NCBI GenBank assembly: GCA_964574355.1
Contig: CAZNMD010000003.1
Coordinates: 5,316-69,315, forward strand
Length of the DNA stretch: 64,000 nucleotides
Direction: 5' to 3'
Origin: an uncultured Candidatus Saccharibacteria bacterium
GTDB lineage: Bacteria; Patescibacteriota; Minisyncoccia; Phycocordibacterales; DSPV01
Within the stretch, counting starts at the first letter, position 1. Each line of letters starts with the position of its first letter. This document shows, piece after piece, positions 46,257 through 56,739 of this stretch. The position numbers were made by a program, and so were the translations under genes. The notes beneath the pieces were generated by a model. The model did not search any database. It was not told the origin of the DNA and was given only the letters and a program-made list of their open reading frames with translations.

Positions 46257-47615
46257 ATGTTGGTGCAAAAGACACTTACACGAACTATTGGAGAGGGGAC
46301 GGCATGGACCACGGCAAGTACGCTGATTGTAAAGGTTGTTAGTTTAGCAACAATTTTTATTACATTGCGTACTCTTTCTGTATACGAATATGGTGTTGCT
46401 GAGCTTGCAATTGCTGCAGTTGGATTTTTTAGTATTTTTCAACTGCCCGGTCTGACCTCCGTTGTTGTTGCCGATATGGGGGTTTTGAAGGGTAAAGGAA
46501 GTATAGCTGAAGCAAAAGGGATTTATTGGAGTTTCCTTAAGCTTTCAGGGGGGATGGCTTTACTTGCTACGATCGTTCTTTTTTTTGGAGCTGAAGTTAT
46601 TGGGTCTTTTTATCCTGAACATATTGCCAGTTATTTTCGTATTTTAGCTTTTACGTTTCCTCTTTCGGTTATAGGGACGGCATATGGTGCACTTTTTTCT
46701 GTCACGTTTCGTTATTTTGAACAGTCAGTTTCCTCTTTTCTCCAAGAGTTTTTTAAACTTGTTATTCTTGCTGTGTGTGTTTTTGTTTTTGGTCTTAAGG
46801 TTGAGGCAATTCTCTTCGGTATGATTGGCGGTCAGGCGTTTACATTCATTGTTCAGTTTCCTGCGGCCTTGCGCGCATATCGATCTCTCGGAAATGTCAG
46901 ACCAGCTTCTTTTTCAATGTGGAGAACAATATACGAACACGGTAAGTGGAGTGTTTTTTCTACGTACTTAGGTTCATTTGGAAATAATATTCGTACATAT
47001 ATCGTTAAGTTATTTTTAGGAACGGAAGCGGTAGCCCTTTTTGCCGTTGCGGTAGGTGTGATTGGTCATACTTCAGCACTTGTGCCTATTGGTAGCGTTG
47101 TGACACCTATTATTCCTCAATATCTTTCTGACAAGGAGCGGTTTCTTCGAATTATTGGTAAAGCAATTAAATATCAAGTTGTTGGCTATCTTTTAGTTGG
47201 TGTCGTTGCGGCCATTATTTTTCCTCCTATCATTGTTTTTCTGTTTCCAAAGTATGAGGCAGCGATGTCTCTATACAGGATAATGTTACCAGCCTTGATT
47301 CCTCTTGGAATTATGTCCGTTTTTACGACAATATTTTTTGCTTACAAAGCTCAAAAGAACCTCTTTTTTGCTGTTATGGTAAAGACGGTATATTTTACTT
47401 TTTTCACCGCTTTATTTGCTTGGCTATTTGGCATTGTTGGTGTCGCGTGCGCATACGTAGTCACTGTCTTTTTATATACATTAGAAAGATACAGACAGGT
47501 TCGAAAATTAGTACCCAATTACAAGTTTCGCTTTAGTGAGATGTTTTCATTTGATGAACTTGATCGTGTTATTTTAGAAAAATTTCGTGGCGCCCTAAGA
47601 AGGGTGTTTATATAA
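46257..47615 (+). CDS. Oligosaccharide flippase (Wzx/MOP family)
   Basis: About 12 hydrophobic segments; 'LRTLSVYEYG' N-terminal motif; glycan-locus context. Confidence 0.78.
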   Translation: MLVQKTLTRTIGEGTAWTTASTLIVKVVSLATIFITLRTLSVYEYGVAELAIAAVGFFSIFQLPGLTSVVVADMGVLKGKGSIAEAKGIYWSFLKLSGGMALLATIVLFFGAEVIGSFYPEHIASYFRILAFTFPLSVIGTAYGALFSVTFRYFEQSVSSFLQEFFKLVILAVCVFVFGLKVEAILFGMIGGQAFTFIVQFPAALRAYRSLGNVRPASFSMWRTIYEHGKWSVFSTYLGSFGNNIRTYIVKLFLGTEAVALFAVAVGVIGHTSALVPIGSVVTPIIPQYLSDKERFLRIIGKAIKYQVVGYLLVGVVAAIIFPPIIVFLFPKYEAAMSLYRIMLPALIPLGIMSVFTTIFFAYKAQKNLFFAVMVKTVYFTFFTALFAWLFGIVGVACAYVVTVFLYTLERYRQVRKLVPNYKFRFSEMFSFDELDRVILEKFRGALRRVFI

Positions 47616-47625
47616 TTTTTTTTCA

Positions 47626-48288
47626 ATGAAATCTTTTATAAAAAAAATAGTAAAAAAGGCAGGTTTTTCTTTTTTTAGGGGTAATGTGATTCCTTTCGAT
47701 ACGCGTCAGATGAGGAATGTTCTTTTGTACGCTGCTATTTGGGAAAAAATAACAGACCTATCAGGATCGATTGTTGAGTGTGGGGTTGGAAAAGGTAGGT
47801 CAATTCTTATTTTAACTTTTCTTGCCGCGCGTGAAAAAAATAATCGTCATGTGTGGGGGTTTGATTCTTTTTGTGGTTTTCCGGAAATTTCTTCTGAAGA
47901 TGATAGTGTTCGTCATCCCAAAAAAGGAGATTGGTCAGGTACGAGTATGTCTGATATTCAATCAATCCTTGATAGGGCAGGTCTTTCAGAATATAGACTG
48001 AAGGGAAATAGTATTTTGGTACCAGGTTTTTTTGAGGATAGTTTAAATAAATATACCGGTGGGCCAATAGCTTTTTTACACGTTGACTGTGATTTGTATC
48101 AGTCTTATAAATTTGTCCTTGAGCATATGGTTCCGCTCGTTGTTCCTGGAGGTGTGGTTTTATTTGATGAATACAATGAAGAAAAATGGCCGGGTGCAAA
48201 AAAGGCAGTCGATGAATTTCTCAAAAAAAATGCGTATGTACTTGAACAAGAACTAATAGGGGGTAAGTACTTTTTTATAAAAAAATGA
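47626..48288 (+). CDS. TylF/MycF-family O-methyltransferase
   Basis: 'GSIVECGVGKG', 'GFDSFCGFP', 'GFFEDSL', 'LHVDCDLY', 'FDEY'. Confidence 0.88.
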   Translation: MKSFIKKIVKKAGFSFFRGNVIPFDTRQMRNVLLYAAIWEKITDLSGSIVECGVGKGRSILILTFLAAREKNNRHVWGFDSFCGFPEISSEDDSVRHPKKGDWSGTSMSDIQSILDRAGLSEYRLKGNSILVPGFFEDSLNKYTGGPIAFLHVDCDLYQSYKFVLEHMVPLVVPGGVVLFDEYNEEKWPGAKKAVDEFLKKNAYVLEQELIGGKYFFIKK

Positions 48289-49001
48289 AACTAATTCAGA
48301 AAATTCGTTCAATTATTGGTCCTTATGTAGATAAGGTTTTAAATAAGCGAGCTTTATCAAAAATACAAAAAAGAGAAGAGCTATGGGGGATATTACAAAC
48401 GGTGATTTCTCCTTCAACGGGATGCTCTTTTTCTGATTACTGGGCTTTATATAGCTATATAAAAAAACAAAAACCACTGGAGGTTTTGGAGTTAGGGTCT
48501 GGTATTTCAACCCTTGTTATTGCTCAAGCGCTTTTAGAAAATGGTATAGGCCGGGTAACTTCCATGGAAGAATCTTGGAAGTATCGTGATGCGACTGATA
48601 AAACAATTCCAAATTCCCTCAGGTCGTTTGTTGATCTTTGTGTCAGTCCAGCTGTTGAGTATCGTTGGGGTCCGTTTGTGGGGACCGTATACAAGGAAAT
48701 ACCAGAAAGAGAATATGATTTTGTTTTTGTTGATGGTCCTCAGTATGATGCAACGAATTCATTTGATGCTGATCTTTTGAGGTTAATTAGTCGGTCTGAA
48801 AGGCCGGTATCCGCGTTGATTGATATGAGAACAGGTACATCCTTGATGTACTATTTTTTGTTAGGTAATAAATTTTCATATAACTATATTGAGAATCGTG
48901 GTTTCGTAAAAGGCGCCACAAAAAAAGATGTTTCAACGTATTCTAAATTGGTCGCTCGATATATGAAGAAGCACGCATTTCGAAGGTCTTTTTTTGTCTA
49001 A
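48285..49001 (+). CDS. Class I SAM-dependent methyltransferase (Methyltransf_24-like)
   Basis: 'VLELGSGIST', 'YDFVFVDGP'. Confidence 0.75.
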   Translation: MKLIQKIRSIIGPYVDKVLNKRALSKIQKREELWGILQTVISPSTGCSFSDYWALYSYIKKQKPLEVLELGSGISTLVIAQALLENGIGRVTSMEESWKYRDATDKTIPNSLRSFVDLCVSPAVEYRWGPFVGTVYKEIPEREYDFVFVDGPQYDATNSFDADLLRLISRSERPVSALIDMRTGTSLMYYFLLGNKFSYNYIENRGFVKGATKKDVSTYSKLVARYMKKHAFRRSFFV

Positions 49002-49065
49002 TACTGTAAGATGTGGCAGTAAAGTATGAAATGCTATAAGAGATAATGTGTGTTGTTTAGGTAAA

Positions 49066-50421
49066 ATGAAAACAGTTATTATTCCTCTTTTTGACGGTAT
49101 GATTGCTCGGAATATTTTGCATACGGACGTTGCGAGTATTTTACGTGATCAGGGAATTAGAATCGTAATTATTCCCCCTGAAGGAAAGAGTGATTTGTAT
49201 GTAAAAAAATTTTCTGACGGAAAAACAACTTTTGTTGAGTCCTCTGATGATGCGTGGAAGAATTCTAGACTCGATTCCATTCTTCTTAATCTTTTTCTCC
49301 AATCAATCCCGACCCGTTTTATGCGTATTCGGCAAGTGGATTGGTATTTACATAATAAAAAATATATTCACTATGTTGTGGTTACTGTGCTCCGATTTTT
49401 GGGACGTTTCAAATTGTACAGAGCTCTTATAAGGAAGGTTGCTCTTTTTCAACCTATTAAACCACGCGCCAGAGAAATTTTTGAAAAATGGAAACCTGAT
49501 GCAGTTTTTGCCCCCACAATGATTTCTGGAATTGAAGTAGCTCTTCTTCGTCTAGCAAAAGAAAAAGGGAAAATTACGATTGGTATGGCAAAATCGTGGG
49601 ATAACTTTACGAGTAAGGCGTTTATTCGGGTTTTTCCTGACTGGATTATTGTGCACAACGAGTTGCAAATTGAAGAAGCTGCGACCCTCTTTGATTATCC
49701 TCGTGACAAAGTTAAAGTGACTGGAATTCCGCAAATGGATCATTATCGAGACGATTCTTTTGTTGAGACAAGGATTGAATTTTGTAAAAAACTTGGTTTA
49801 GATCCAGAGAAGAAAATTATTTTGTATGCGCCGGCTGGTGATTGGATGAATCCAAATGACAAGGAAACGCTAGAAATTATTCTTGATTGGATTAACGATG
49901 GAACGTTGTCAAATTGCCAAGTGTTATTACGACTCCATCCTGGGTATCATTCACGAACTGAAGAGTTAAAGGGTAGGGCGAATCTTATTGTTGAACGTCC
50001 CGGTAAACATTTCGGAGTCCGTTTGAAGTCTGTTGAATTTGAAGAAGATGATATGCGGCATCTTGCCTCTTCTTTGAAACACAGTGCTGTCGTTTTGCAC
50101 ACGGCGTCTACTATTGGTATGGAGGCGGCGTATCTTGACCGTCCGGTTATTCATATTGGGTTTGATGGAAAGCAAAAATTGTCTTACTGGAAATCTGTTG
50201 TTCGCTACTACGACCGTGAACATTGCGTGCCACTTGTTGCGTCGGGGGGAGGGCGGTTAGTAAAAGATAGTAGAGAGCTTAAGCAGGCTCTTTTAGCCTA
50301 TCTCACTACCCCTTCCTTGGATCATGAGGGGCGTGAGCGGTTGGTTTCAATGCTATGCTACAAGCCTGATGGTCATGCTGGTAGGAGGTTGGGGGAATTT
50401 CTTGTTCAAAAAATAAAATGA
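49066..50421 (+). CDS. GT-B fold transferase (CDP-glycerol glycerophosphotransferase-like; candidate nonulosonate transferase)
   Basis: 'SWDNFTSK', 'VTGIPQMD', 'LRLHP', 'STIGMEAAYLDRPV'. Confidence 0.65.
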   Translation: MKTVIIPLFDGMIARNILHTDVASILRDQGIRIVIIPPEGKSDLYVKKFSDGKTTFVESSDDAWKNSRLDSILLNLFLQSIPTRFMRIRQVDWYLHNKKYIHYVVVTVLRFLGRFKLYRALIRKVALFQPIKPRAREIFEKWKPDAVFAPTMISGIEVALLRLAKEKGKITIGMAKSWDNFTSKAFIRVFPDWIIVHNELQIEEAATLFDYPRDKVKVTGIPQMDHYRDDSFVETRIEFCKKLGLDPEKKIILYAPAGDWMNPNDKETLEIILDWINDGTLSNCQVLLRLHPGYHSRTEELKGRANLIVERPGKHFGVRLKSVEFEEDDMRHLASSLKHSAVVLHTASTIGMEAAYLDRPVIHIGFDGKQKLSYWKSVVRYYDREHCVPLVASGGGRLVKDSRELKQALLAYLTTPSLDHEGRERLVSMLCYKPDGHAGRRLGEFLVQKIK

Positions 50422-51833
50422 TGTTTTATCAAAACGTGAATGAACAGAAAATAGTAACGCCACTTAGAAGGTTGTGGTATTTTGCCCTGATACTCTTTTT
50501 TGTTGCTCTTTTTGCTCGACTTTTAGTGTTTGGGGGATTAATTGCGTATGACGGACCAGTTAAAGGGTTTGTGTTTGGTGATGGAACTCGTTATTTTGGT
50601 CTTGCTGAAAGTGTTGTAGAGGGTCGGGGGTATGTGTATGAAGACGGCATTGAGTCATATCGACCTCCTGGTTACCCGGCCTATCTTATGCCATTTATTT
50701 TTCTCGGGCTTCCTGTTTGGTTTGCTGTGTTCGTTCAGCTTCTTATTGCTTCCTGTATACCAGTTGCAGTTTTGTTTGTGGCGACGCGTTCTTTTCATTT
50801 ACCATTGTGGGTTGGTATGGTCGCGGGTCTTTTTGCTGCTCTTGAGCCTGTTCAAGTTTTTTACAGCGTAACTCTCACTCCCGACGTTTTTTTTACCGTA
50901 GGTCTTTTTCTTTCTCTTTATTTTCTTGTTCGGTATGTTGAGACAGGGTGGTGGATGAATATGGTGTTTGCCGGGTTAGCCCTTGGGTGTGCAAATTATA
51001 TGAGGCCTGCCGGTATATATGCCGCGTTTGTTTTGATCGCTAGTCTGTGGGTATTTTTGTTTATAAAAAATCTTTTTTCTAAAAAAAGTATTATTCACGG
51101 AATGCTTTTTGTTGCGGTTTCTGTTCTTACGATTGTTCCGTGGTGTATTCGAAATTATTATACGTTCGATTCATTTTCGTTCGTTTCTTCCAGCGCCTAT
51201 ACTTTTTTTGCATATGGTGGAGTTGCAACACAAGCGGTTGCTGATAATCGAGATTATAACGTTGTTAAAAAAGAATTTCTTAATGAGCTTGCTCAAAAGG
51301 CTCCGGATCCATTACGTCCGACGAGTCTTCGAAATAAATCGTATTTAGTCGATAAGACAATTAACGTTATTAAGCAACATCCAGTTGCCTACATAAAAAC
51401 CTACCTTCTTGGCGTTAATACTCTCTTTTTTTCAGGTAACTATCATTACCTCCTTTCTCGATACAAGTTGATTGATCGCCCTGACGGACTCGTTTCTTTT
51501 TCTCTCGTTTTTGCTTCTGAAGGTTTTTTTGGTTTATTAAAGGCTATTTCTCGGCTTATTTTTGAACCATATGTTTTGTTGGCTGTAGCCGGAAAAATCA
51601 TGTGGATGGGACTTGTTTTGTGTTCAGTTGTGGGGGCGATTGTTATGCGTCGTCACCCGTTAGCAATACTTTTTTTGGCAAGCATGTTTTATTTTGCGGT
51701 AACAATTTTAGCGACAACAATTGGGGTGGAAGCGAGACATCGTTATGCTTTGAATCCTCTCATTTTCCTCTTTGTCTCGGTTGTGTTTTACTTACTCTAT
51801 GAAAAAGGTATCCGTCGTCGCGCCGGTCTTTAA
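50418..51833 (+). CDS. GT-C (ArnT/PMT-like) membrane glycosyltransferase
   Basis: 'DGTRYFGLA', 'RPPGYPAYL', multiple TMs, 'PWCIRNY', C-terminal 'ARHRY'. Confidence 0.78.
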   Translation: MMFYQNVNEQKIVTPLRRLWYFALILFFVALFARLLVFGGLIAYDGPVKGFVFGDGTRYFGLAESVVEGRGYVYEDGIESYRPPGYPAYLMPFIFLGLPVWFAVFVQLLIASCIPVAVLFVATRSFHLPLWVGMVAGLFAALEPVQVFYSVTLTPDVFFTVGLFLSLYFLVRYVETGWWMNMVFAGLALGCANYMRPAGIYAAFVLIASLWVFLFIKNLFSKKSIIHGMLFVAVSVLTIVPWCIRNYYTFDSFSFVSSSAYTFFAYGGVATQAVADNRDYNVVKKEFLNELAQKAPDPLRPTSLRNKSYLVDKTINVIKQHPVAYIKTYLLGVNTLFFSGNYHYLLSRYKLIDRPDGLVSFSLVFASEGFFGLLKAISRLIFEPYVLLAVAGKIMWMGLVLCSVVGAIVMRRHPLAILFLASMFYFAVTILATTIGVEARHRYALNPLIFLFVSVVFYLLYEKGIRRRAGL

Positions 51834-52740
51834 TGAAGAGGAGACTGTTGTAGAGCTTGTCTCTCGAATTTCAAACGCTCTGAAGGCTCTGAAGGGTTGG
51901 GAGGGCGATATTGTGATTGTGGACGATGGCTCTCGTGATGGGACACTTGCCCATCTGACGCAACTTTCCCTAGAGAATCCAAAGCTTTCGGTTGTTTCAT
52001 TTTCAAGAAATTTTGGACATCAAGCTGCTGTGACTGCGGGGATAGATTATGCAGAGGGTGACGCTATTGTTGTTATGGATGGAGACTTGCAAGATCCGCC
52101 AGAACTTATTCCCGAGTTGCTTCAAAAACACGAAGAAGGATTTGATGTTGTGTATGCGGTTCGAGCAAAACGCAAAGAAGGGTTTTTAAAGAGAGGCGCC
52201 TATTCAATTTTTTATAGGATTTTTCGACTTTTTTCAAATCATGTTTTGATGCCGCGCGATGCTGGTGATTTTTCACTTATTTCAAGACGTGTGGCTGAGG
52301 TGATGAAGCGTATGCCAGAAAGAAATCGTTTTGTTCGTGGGTTACGAGCGTGGGCAGGATTTTCTCAGGTTGGTATTTCATATCAACGCGATCATCGGTA
52401 TGCAGGTAAACCAAAATATTCATTTTTGAAATTGTTACGTTTAGCGTACGATGGTATTTTTTCATTCTCGTACGTACCTATCACGCTCGTAACGGTAGCT
52501 GGTTTTGTCTCAGCAATTCTTTCGTTCATTGGGATTGTGTATGTTCTCTATTTTCGAATTACTGAAGGACGAGAAGTTCCAGGGTTTGCAACCTTGGCAA
52601 TTTTTATTCTTTTCCTTGGTGGGTTACAGCTTATGGCGCTAGGTGTTTTGGGTGAATATATTCGTCGGATGTATGACGAGGTTAAACAGCGACCTCACTA
52701 TGTTGTTCGGACGATTCTTGGAAGTGTTTCTAAAAAATAA
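51799..52740 (+). CDS. GT2 polyprenyl-phosphate glycosyltransferase (GtrB-like)
   Basis: 'VAPVFNEE', 'VDDGSRD', 'SRNFGHQAA', 'MDGDLQDPP', two C-terminal TMs, 'GEYI.R.YDEVK.RP.Y'. Confidence 0.9.
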   Translation: MKKVSVVAPVFNEEETVVELVSRISNALKALKGWEGDIVIVDDGSRDGTLAHLTQLSLENPKLSVVSFSRNFGHQAAVTAGIDYAEGDAIVVMDGDLQDPPELIPELLQKHEEGFDVVYAVRAKRKEGFLKRGAYSIFYRIFRLFSNHVLMPRDAGDFSLISRRVAEVMKRMPERNRFVRGLRAWAGFSQVGISYQRDHRYAGKPKYSFLKLLRLAYDGIFSFSYVPITLVTVAGFVSAILSFIGIVYVLYFRITEGREVPGFATLAIFILFLGGLQLMALGVLGEYIRRMYDEVKQRPHYVVRTILGSVSKK

Positions 52741-52748
52741 ACGGGTCT

Positions 52749-53459
52749 ATGAAAAAAGAAGCGTTTGATCTTATGAAAAGTGGTGAGGATTCGTGGTGGT
52801 ATGTTGGACGTCAGCGTGTTGTTGGTGTACTCCTCAATCGTTTTTTATCAGAGAAAAAAGGTGATCAACAGCTTTTGGATGTTGGTGCAGGCTTCGGTTC
52901 GATGTTTCAAGCTCTCACTTCGTTTGGTTTTGTTGATGCCTTTGAGCCAGAGGAACGGCTTCATGAGGTTTTACAACAGCGGGGATACCGTTCTTTATTT
53001 CTTACCTGGAAGGATGTATTTCGTTCCAATGAAACATATGATGTTGTTGGCGCGTTTGATGTTGTTGAACATTCTAAAGATGAAGATTATATTCTTTCAA
53101 ACATGTATCAAGTGCTTCGACCGGGTGGAAAAGTTATTATTTCTGTTCCAGCGTATCAATGGTTATGGTCAAAGCATGATGAGATAAATAATCATTATCG
53201 TCGGTATACAAAAAAGATGCTTTCCAATTCGTTGAAGCGTGTAGGGTTTACAGTGGAGTATGTTGGTTACTGGAATACATTCTTGTTTCCGCTTGCTCTT
53301 GTTGCTCGTCTGTTAAATCGTTCAGGTGGTGCAGCGTTTACTAACCGTGGTTTTATAAACAGTTTGTTCGTTGCTGTTGTGTCTCTGGAGGCCCATCTCA
53401 TGCGTTTTGTGTCATTACCCTTTGGTTTATCTGTCTTTGTTGTTGCAAAGAAAGTTTAA
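52749..53459 (+). CDS. Class I SAM-dependent methyltransferase
   Basis: 'WWYVGR', 'LLDVGAGFG', 'FDVVEH', 'SVPAYQWLWSKHD...HYRRY'. Confidence 0.88.
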   Translation: MKKEAFDLMKSGEDSWWYVGRQRVVGVLLNRFLSEKKGDQQLLDVGAGFGSMFQALTSFGFVDAFEPEERLHEVLQQRGYRSLFLTWKDVFRSNETYDVVGAFDVVEHSKDEDYILSNMYQVLRPGGKVIISVPAYQWLWSKHDEINNHYRRYTKKMLSNSLKRVGFTVEYVGYWNTFLFPLALVARLLNRSGGAAFTNRGFINSLFVAVVSLEAHLMRFVSLPFGLSVFVVAKKV

Positions 53460-53464
53460 AAAAT

Positions 53465-54178
53465 ATGGCGTCAGCCTCGTTTCACTTAATTGTCCCGGCC
53501 TACAATGAAGCGGCAGTGATTGCCGAAACAGTTCGCGAGCTTGATCGAGTTCTTTCGAAAGTTCCAAAATTGACGTATGAAATTATTGTTGCCGATAATG
53601 GTTCAACTGATGGAACGGCCGAGATTGCGCAGGGTGTTAATCTTCCACACCTCAAAGTCTTGTCGGTACCCCAAAGGGGTAAAGGTTTTGCCATAACTCA
53701 TGCAGCAAAATTTTCTGATGCGGATGTTTTTGGTTTTTGCGACGCAGATTTGTCAGCCGATCCTTCTTCGCTACCCGATATGCTTTTTCATATAGAAAAC
53801 GGCGCGCATGTGGTTGTTGGTTCGCGCCTGTTGGACGAACACCTTGTTAGGCGGGCATTTTGGCGCACATTTTCTTCAAAGGTTTTTAACGTTGCTCGCC
53901 GAATGATTCTTGGTATTCGTGTTGCTGATAGTCAATGTGGTCTGAAATTATTTAAAGGAACACATATTCATCTTGTCAGAGACTCGGTTGAAACAGGTTG
54001 GTTTTTGGATATGGAAATTCTTGCCCGCGCCGAACGCGAAAAATTAACAATTGTTGAGGTTCCCGTCTCGTGGACCGAGTTTCGCTACGCAGATCGTAAA
54101 AGTAAGTTGAGAGTTTTACGTGATGGCTTTGGAGCTTTGGTGGCGATGGTGCGTATTCGGTATCGTTTAATGATGTAG
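53465..54178 (+). CDS. GT2 dolichyl-phosphate-glucose/mannose-synthase-like glycosyltransferase
   Basis: 'VPAYNEA', 'ADNGSTD', 'GKG', 'DADL', 'DSQCGLK'. Confidence 0.88.
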   Translation: MASASFHLIVPAYNEAAVIAETVRELDRVLSKVPKLTYEIIVADNGSTDGTAEIAQGVNLPHLKVLSVPQRGKGFAITHAAKFSDADVFGFCDADLSADPSSLPDMLFHIENGAHVVVGSRLLDEHLVRRAFWRTFSSKVFNVARRMILGIRVADSQCGLKLFKGTHIHLVRDSVETGWFLDMEILARAEREKLTIVEVPVSWTEFRYADRKSKLRVLRDGFGALVAMVRIRYRLMM

Positions 54179-54219
54179 AGTTTCCTTTTTTATTACTAGG
54201 CGTATATAATCGCTTCACA

Positions 54220-54936
54220 ATGAATATTATCGCTATTATTCCGGCACGGGGCGGTTCCAAGGGAGTATTAGGGAAAAACGTAAAGTTATTGGAGGGAAAG
54301 CCTCTGATTGCGTGGACCATAGAAGCGGCAAAGGCGGTGCCGTTAATCAGTCGCGTTATTGTGAATACTGATGATGCGGAAATAGCAAAGGTATCAAAAA
54401 AATATGGTGCTGAAATTTTTGACCGACCGAAAGAATTAGCCGAAGATTTAACGCTTGATTTTCCTGTCTTTGAGCATCATTTGCATGATCTTGAAAAAAA
54501 AGGTGAGTTGCCCGATATGGTTGTTGATTTACGTGCGACAGCGCCGCTTCGACAATCACATCGAATCGCTGAGGGTATCGAGTTGCTTATTAAGGCAGGA
54601 CAAAAGAAAGCTGATTCGGTTCGTGCAGTTTCTAAAGCTGCTAAGCATCCGTACAAAATGTGGAAACTTCAAAATGGATTTATCCAACCATTTCTTCCGG
54701 AATCATTTACGGGGATGAAAGAGCCGTATAATGCTGCCCGCCAAATGCTTCCACCGGTATTTCAAAATAATGGCAGTATGAATGCGTTTTGGCCAGAAGT
54801 TGTTTTAAAGAAAAAAAGCATGACAGGTGAGAAAATTTTGGGCTATAGTATGGAAGATTGGGAGTCGGTAAATATTGATAGTGAGATTGATTTTTTACTC
54901 GCTGAAGAGTTAATGAAAAAACATCTTAAGAAATAA
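54220..54936 (+). CDS. neuA: Acylneuraminate cytidylyltransferase (NeuA family)
   Basis: 'IIPARGGSKGV.GKN', 'KPLIAWTI', 'ATAPLR', 'NIDSEIDF'. Confidence 0.88.
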   Translation: MNIIAIIPARGGSKGVLGKNVKLLEGKPLIAWTIEAAKAVPLISRVIVNTDDAEIAKVSKKYGAEIFDRPKELAEDLTLDFPVFEHHLHDLEKKGELPDMVVDLRATAPLRQSHRIAEGIELLIKAGQKKADSVRAVSKAAKHPYKMWKLQNGFIQPFLPESFTGMKEPYNAARQMLPPVFQNNGSMNAFWPEVVLKKKSMTGEKILGYSMEDWESVNIDSEIDFLLAEELMKKHLKK

Positions 54937-54946
54937 CCGTACTGAT

Positions 54947-56023
54947 ATGGCATATAAAGCAAAAATTTTTGGAGCGGGTTCAATCGGTAATCATTTGGCG
55001 CAAGCGTGTCGTCGGGCAGGGTGGGATGTGGTGGTTGTTGATCGGGACCCAAAAGCGTTGAAACGGATGAAAGAGGAAATTTATCCAACACGTTATGGTG
55101 CATGGGATGACGCCATCCAACTTTTTGAATCTGGCAAGGACCCGAAAGGTAGCTTCGATGCTATTTTTATCGGAACGCCGCCCCATGTGCGTATGCCGAT
55201 TGCCATGGAAGCACTTGCAGAAAAACCAAAAGTGCTTCAGTTGGAAAAACCCCTTGGTATGCCATCTTTGGAGGGTATTGCACCGTTTGTTGCGAAGGTA
55301 AAAAAAGGAAAAACTGCGGTGATTGTGGGCTATGATCATTCTGTTTCGGATGCGGCAGAGTTTATTGTTTCACTTCTCAGATCAAATACGATTGGTGGCA
55401 TTGAAACACTTGATGTTGAATTTCGTGAACATTGGGGAGGAATATTTAAGGCCCACCCATGGCTTTCTGGGCCAGCTGATACATACTTGGGTTTTACAGA
55501 AAAAGGTGGTGGCGCATCAGGTGAGCATTCACACGCGATGCACTTGTGGATTTATTTGGCTAAAATTGCAGGCTTTGGTTCACCGAAAGGGGTTTCAGCA
55601 ATGTATGAATGGCGAAAAGAAGGAAAAGCGGTTTATGATGCGATTGCAACATTTTCACTTTTAACGGATAAAAAGAAAGTTGGTCGCGTTGTTCAAGATG
55701 TGGTGACATCACCAACTCGAAAGTGGATCCGCGTGCAAGGAAAAAATGGTTTTATTGAGTGGTACTGCAATGGTAAGCCAGAGGGTGACCATGTTATTTG
55801 GAAGGTTGGTGATCAGCCGATTAGCGAAAAAGTTTTTCCCAAAAAACGTCCCGATGATTTTTTCCGTGAAGTACAGCATATAGAGGCGATTCTTTCAGGT
55901 AAGGTGAAAGCAAAAGATTCTCCGATGTCGCTTCAGAATGCTCTTGATGTTATGAGTGTTCTTTCGGCTGCAAGGAAAAAGAAAGGGGTTGTTTCGACGC
56001 CTGTAAAATTAATAAAGGCCTAG
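54947..56023 (+). CDS. Gfo/Idh/MocA-family oxidoreductase
   Basis: 'FGAGSIG', 'IGTPP', 'LEKP', 'GGGA..EHSH'. Confidence 0.82.
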   Translation: MAYKAKIFGAGSIGNHLAQACRRAGWDVVVVDRDPKALKRMKEEIYPTRYGAWDDAIQLFESGKDPKGSFDAIFIGTPPHVRMPIAMEALAEKPKVLQLEKPLGMPSLEGIAPFVAKVKKGKTAVIVGYDHSVSDAAEFIVSLLRSNTIGGIETLDVEFREHWGGIFKAHPWLSGPADTYLGFTEKGGGASGEHSHAMHLWIYLAKIAGFGSPKGVSAMYEWRKEGKAVYDAIATFSLLTDKKKVGRVVQDVVTSPTRKWIRVQGKNGFIEWYCNGKPEGDHVIWKVGDQPISEKVFPKKRPDDFFREVQHIEAILSGKVKAKDSPMSLQNALDVMSVLSAARKKKGVVSTPVKLIKA

Positions 56024-56067
56024 TGTGCTTGTTGACTTTTTTGTGAAGCATAGTATTTTGCGTTTGT

Positions 56068-56739
56068 ATGTCGCACTTAGTTCTTTCATTTGATGTTGAT
56101 GGGACACTCACAAGGCGTGGTGAGCCGCTTAAACAAGAAGCGTGGGATCTACTTCTACGTGGTCGACCAATGGATGTATGGGAAGCGCTGCTCAAGGCTC
56201 GGGATAAGTATTCTGGAGGCAAGGGTTCTCGGTACGATATTATTCGAGAAATGCTCCAAGAAATTGGTGTTACAGGCGGAGAGCTTGAGATGAAAACAGA
56301 AGAGTGGGCAGAAGCATATCAGGTGGCGGTCATGTCGCTGATCCGTGCTGATTTTCGGCCAGAAGCGAGATCGGTCTTGGAGACTCTCAAAGAGCGATAT
56401 AGGCTCTATGTGAATTCCGCGACAGAAGAGGAAGGCCTGAAGAGGTGTTTAGCGGAAGTTGATTTCTCACAATTCTTCGAAGAGATATTTGGCTACCCCA
56501 AAGATGGTAGTCGAAAGAAAACTGACAACCTCCGGTTGATTCTTCAGGTTGAAGGCGTGGACCCAGAACGTTTGATTCACGTCGGTGATTCAAAATCTGA
56601 TGTCGACGCGGCTCACGCGGTCGGGTGTATCTTTATTGGTGTTGCAAATGATGACAATAGGTGGGTTCCAGAGCGAGAACCCTTTGTCGTAGTTCATTCG
56701 CTTTCTGACCTCGAAGAGGCTATCGACACTGTTTTATAG
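56068..56739 (+). CDS. HAD-family hydrolase (phosphatase)
   Basis: 'FDVDGTL', 'VNS', 'HVGDSKSD'; own TTGACT -35 upstream; hairpin 56756-56784 downstream. Confidence 0.85.
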   Translation: MSHLVLSFDVDGTLTRRGEPLKQEAWDLLLRGRPMDVWEALLKARDKYSGGKGSRYDIIREMLQEIGVTGGELEMKTEEWAEAYQVAVMSLIRADFRPEARSVLETLKERYRLYVNSATEEEGLKRCLAEVDFSQFFEEIFGYPKDGSRKKTDNLRLILQVEGVDPERLIHVGDSKSDVDAAHAVGCIFIGVANDDNRWVPEREPFVVVHSLSDLEEAIDTVL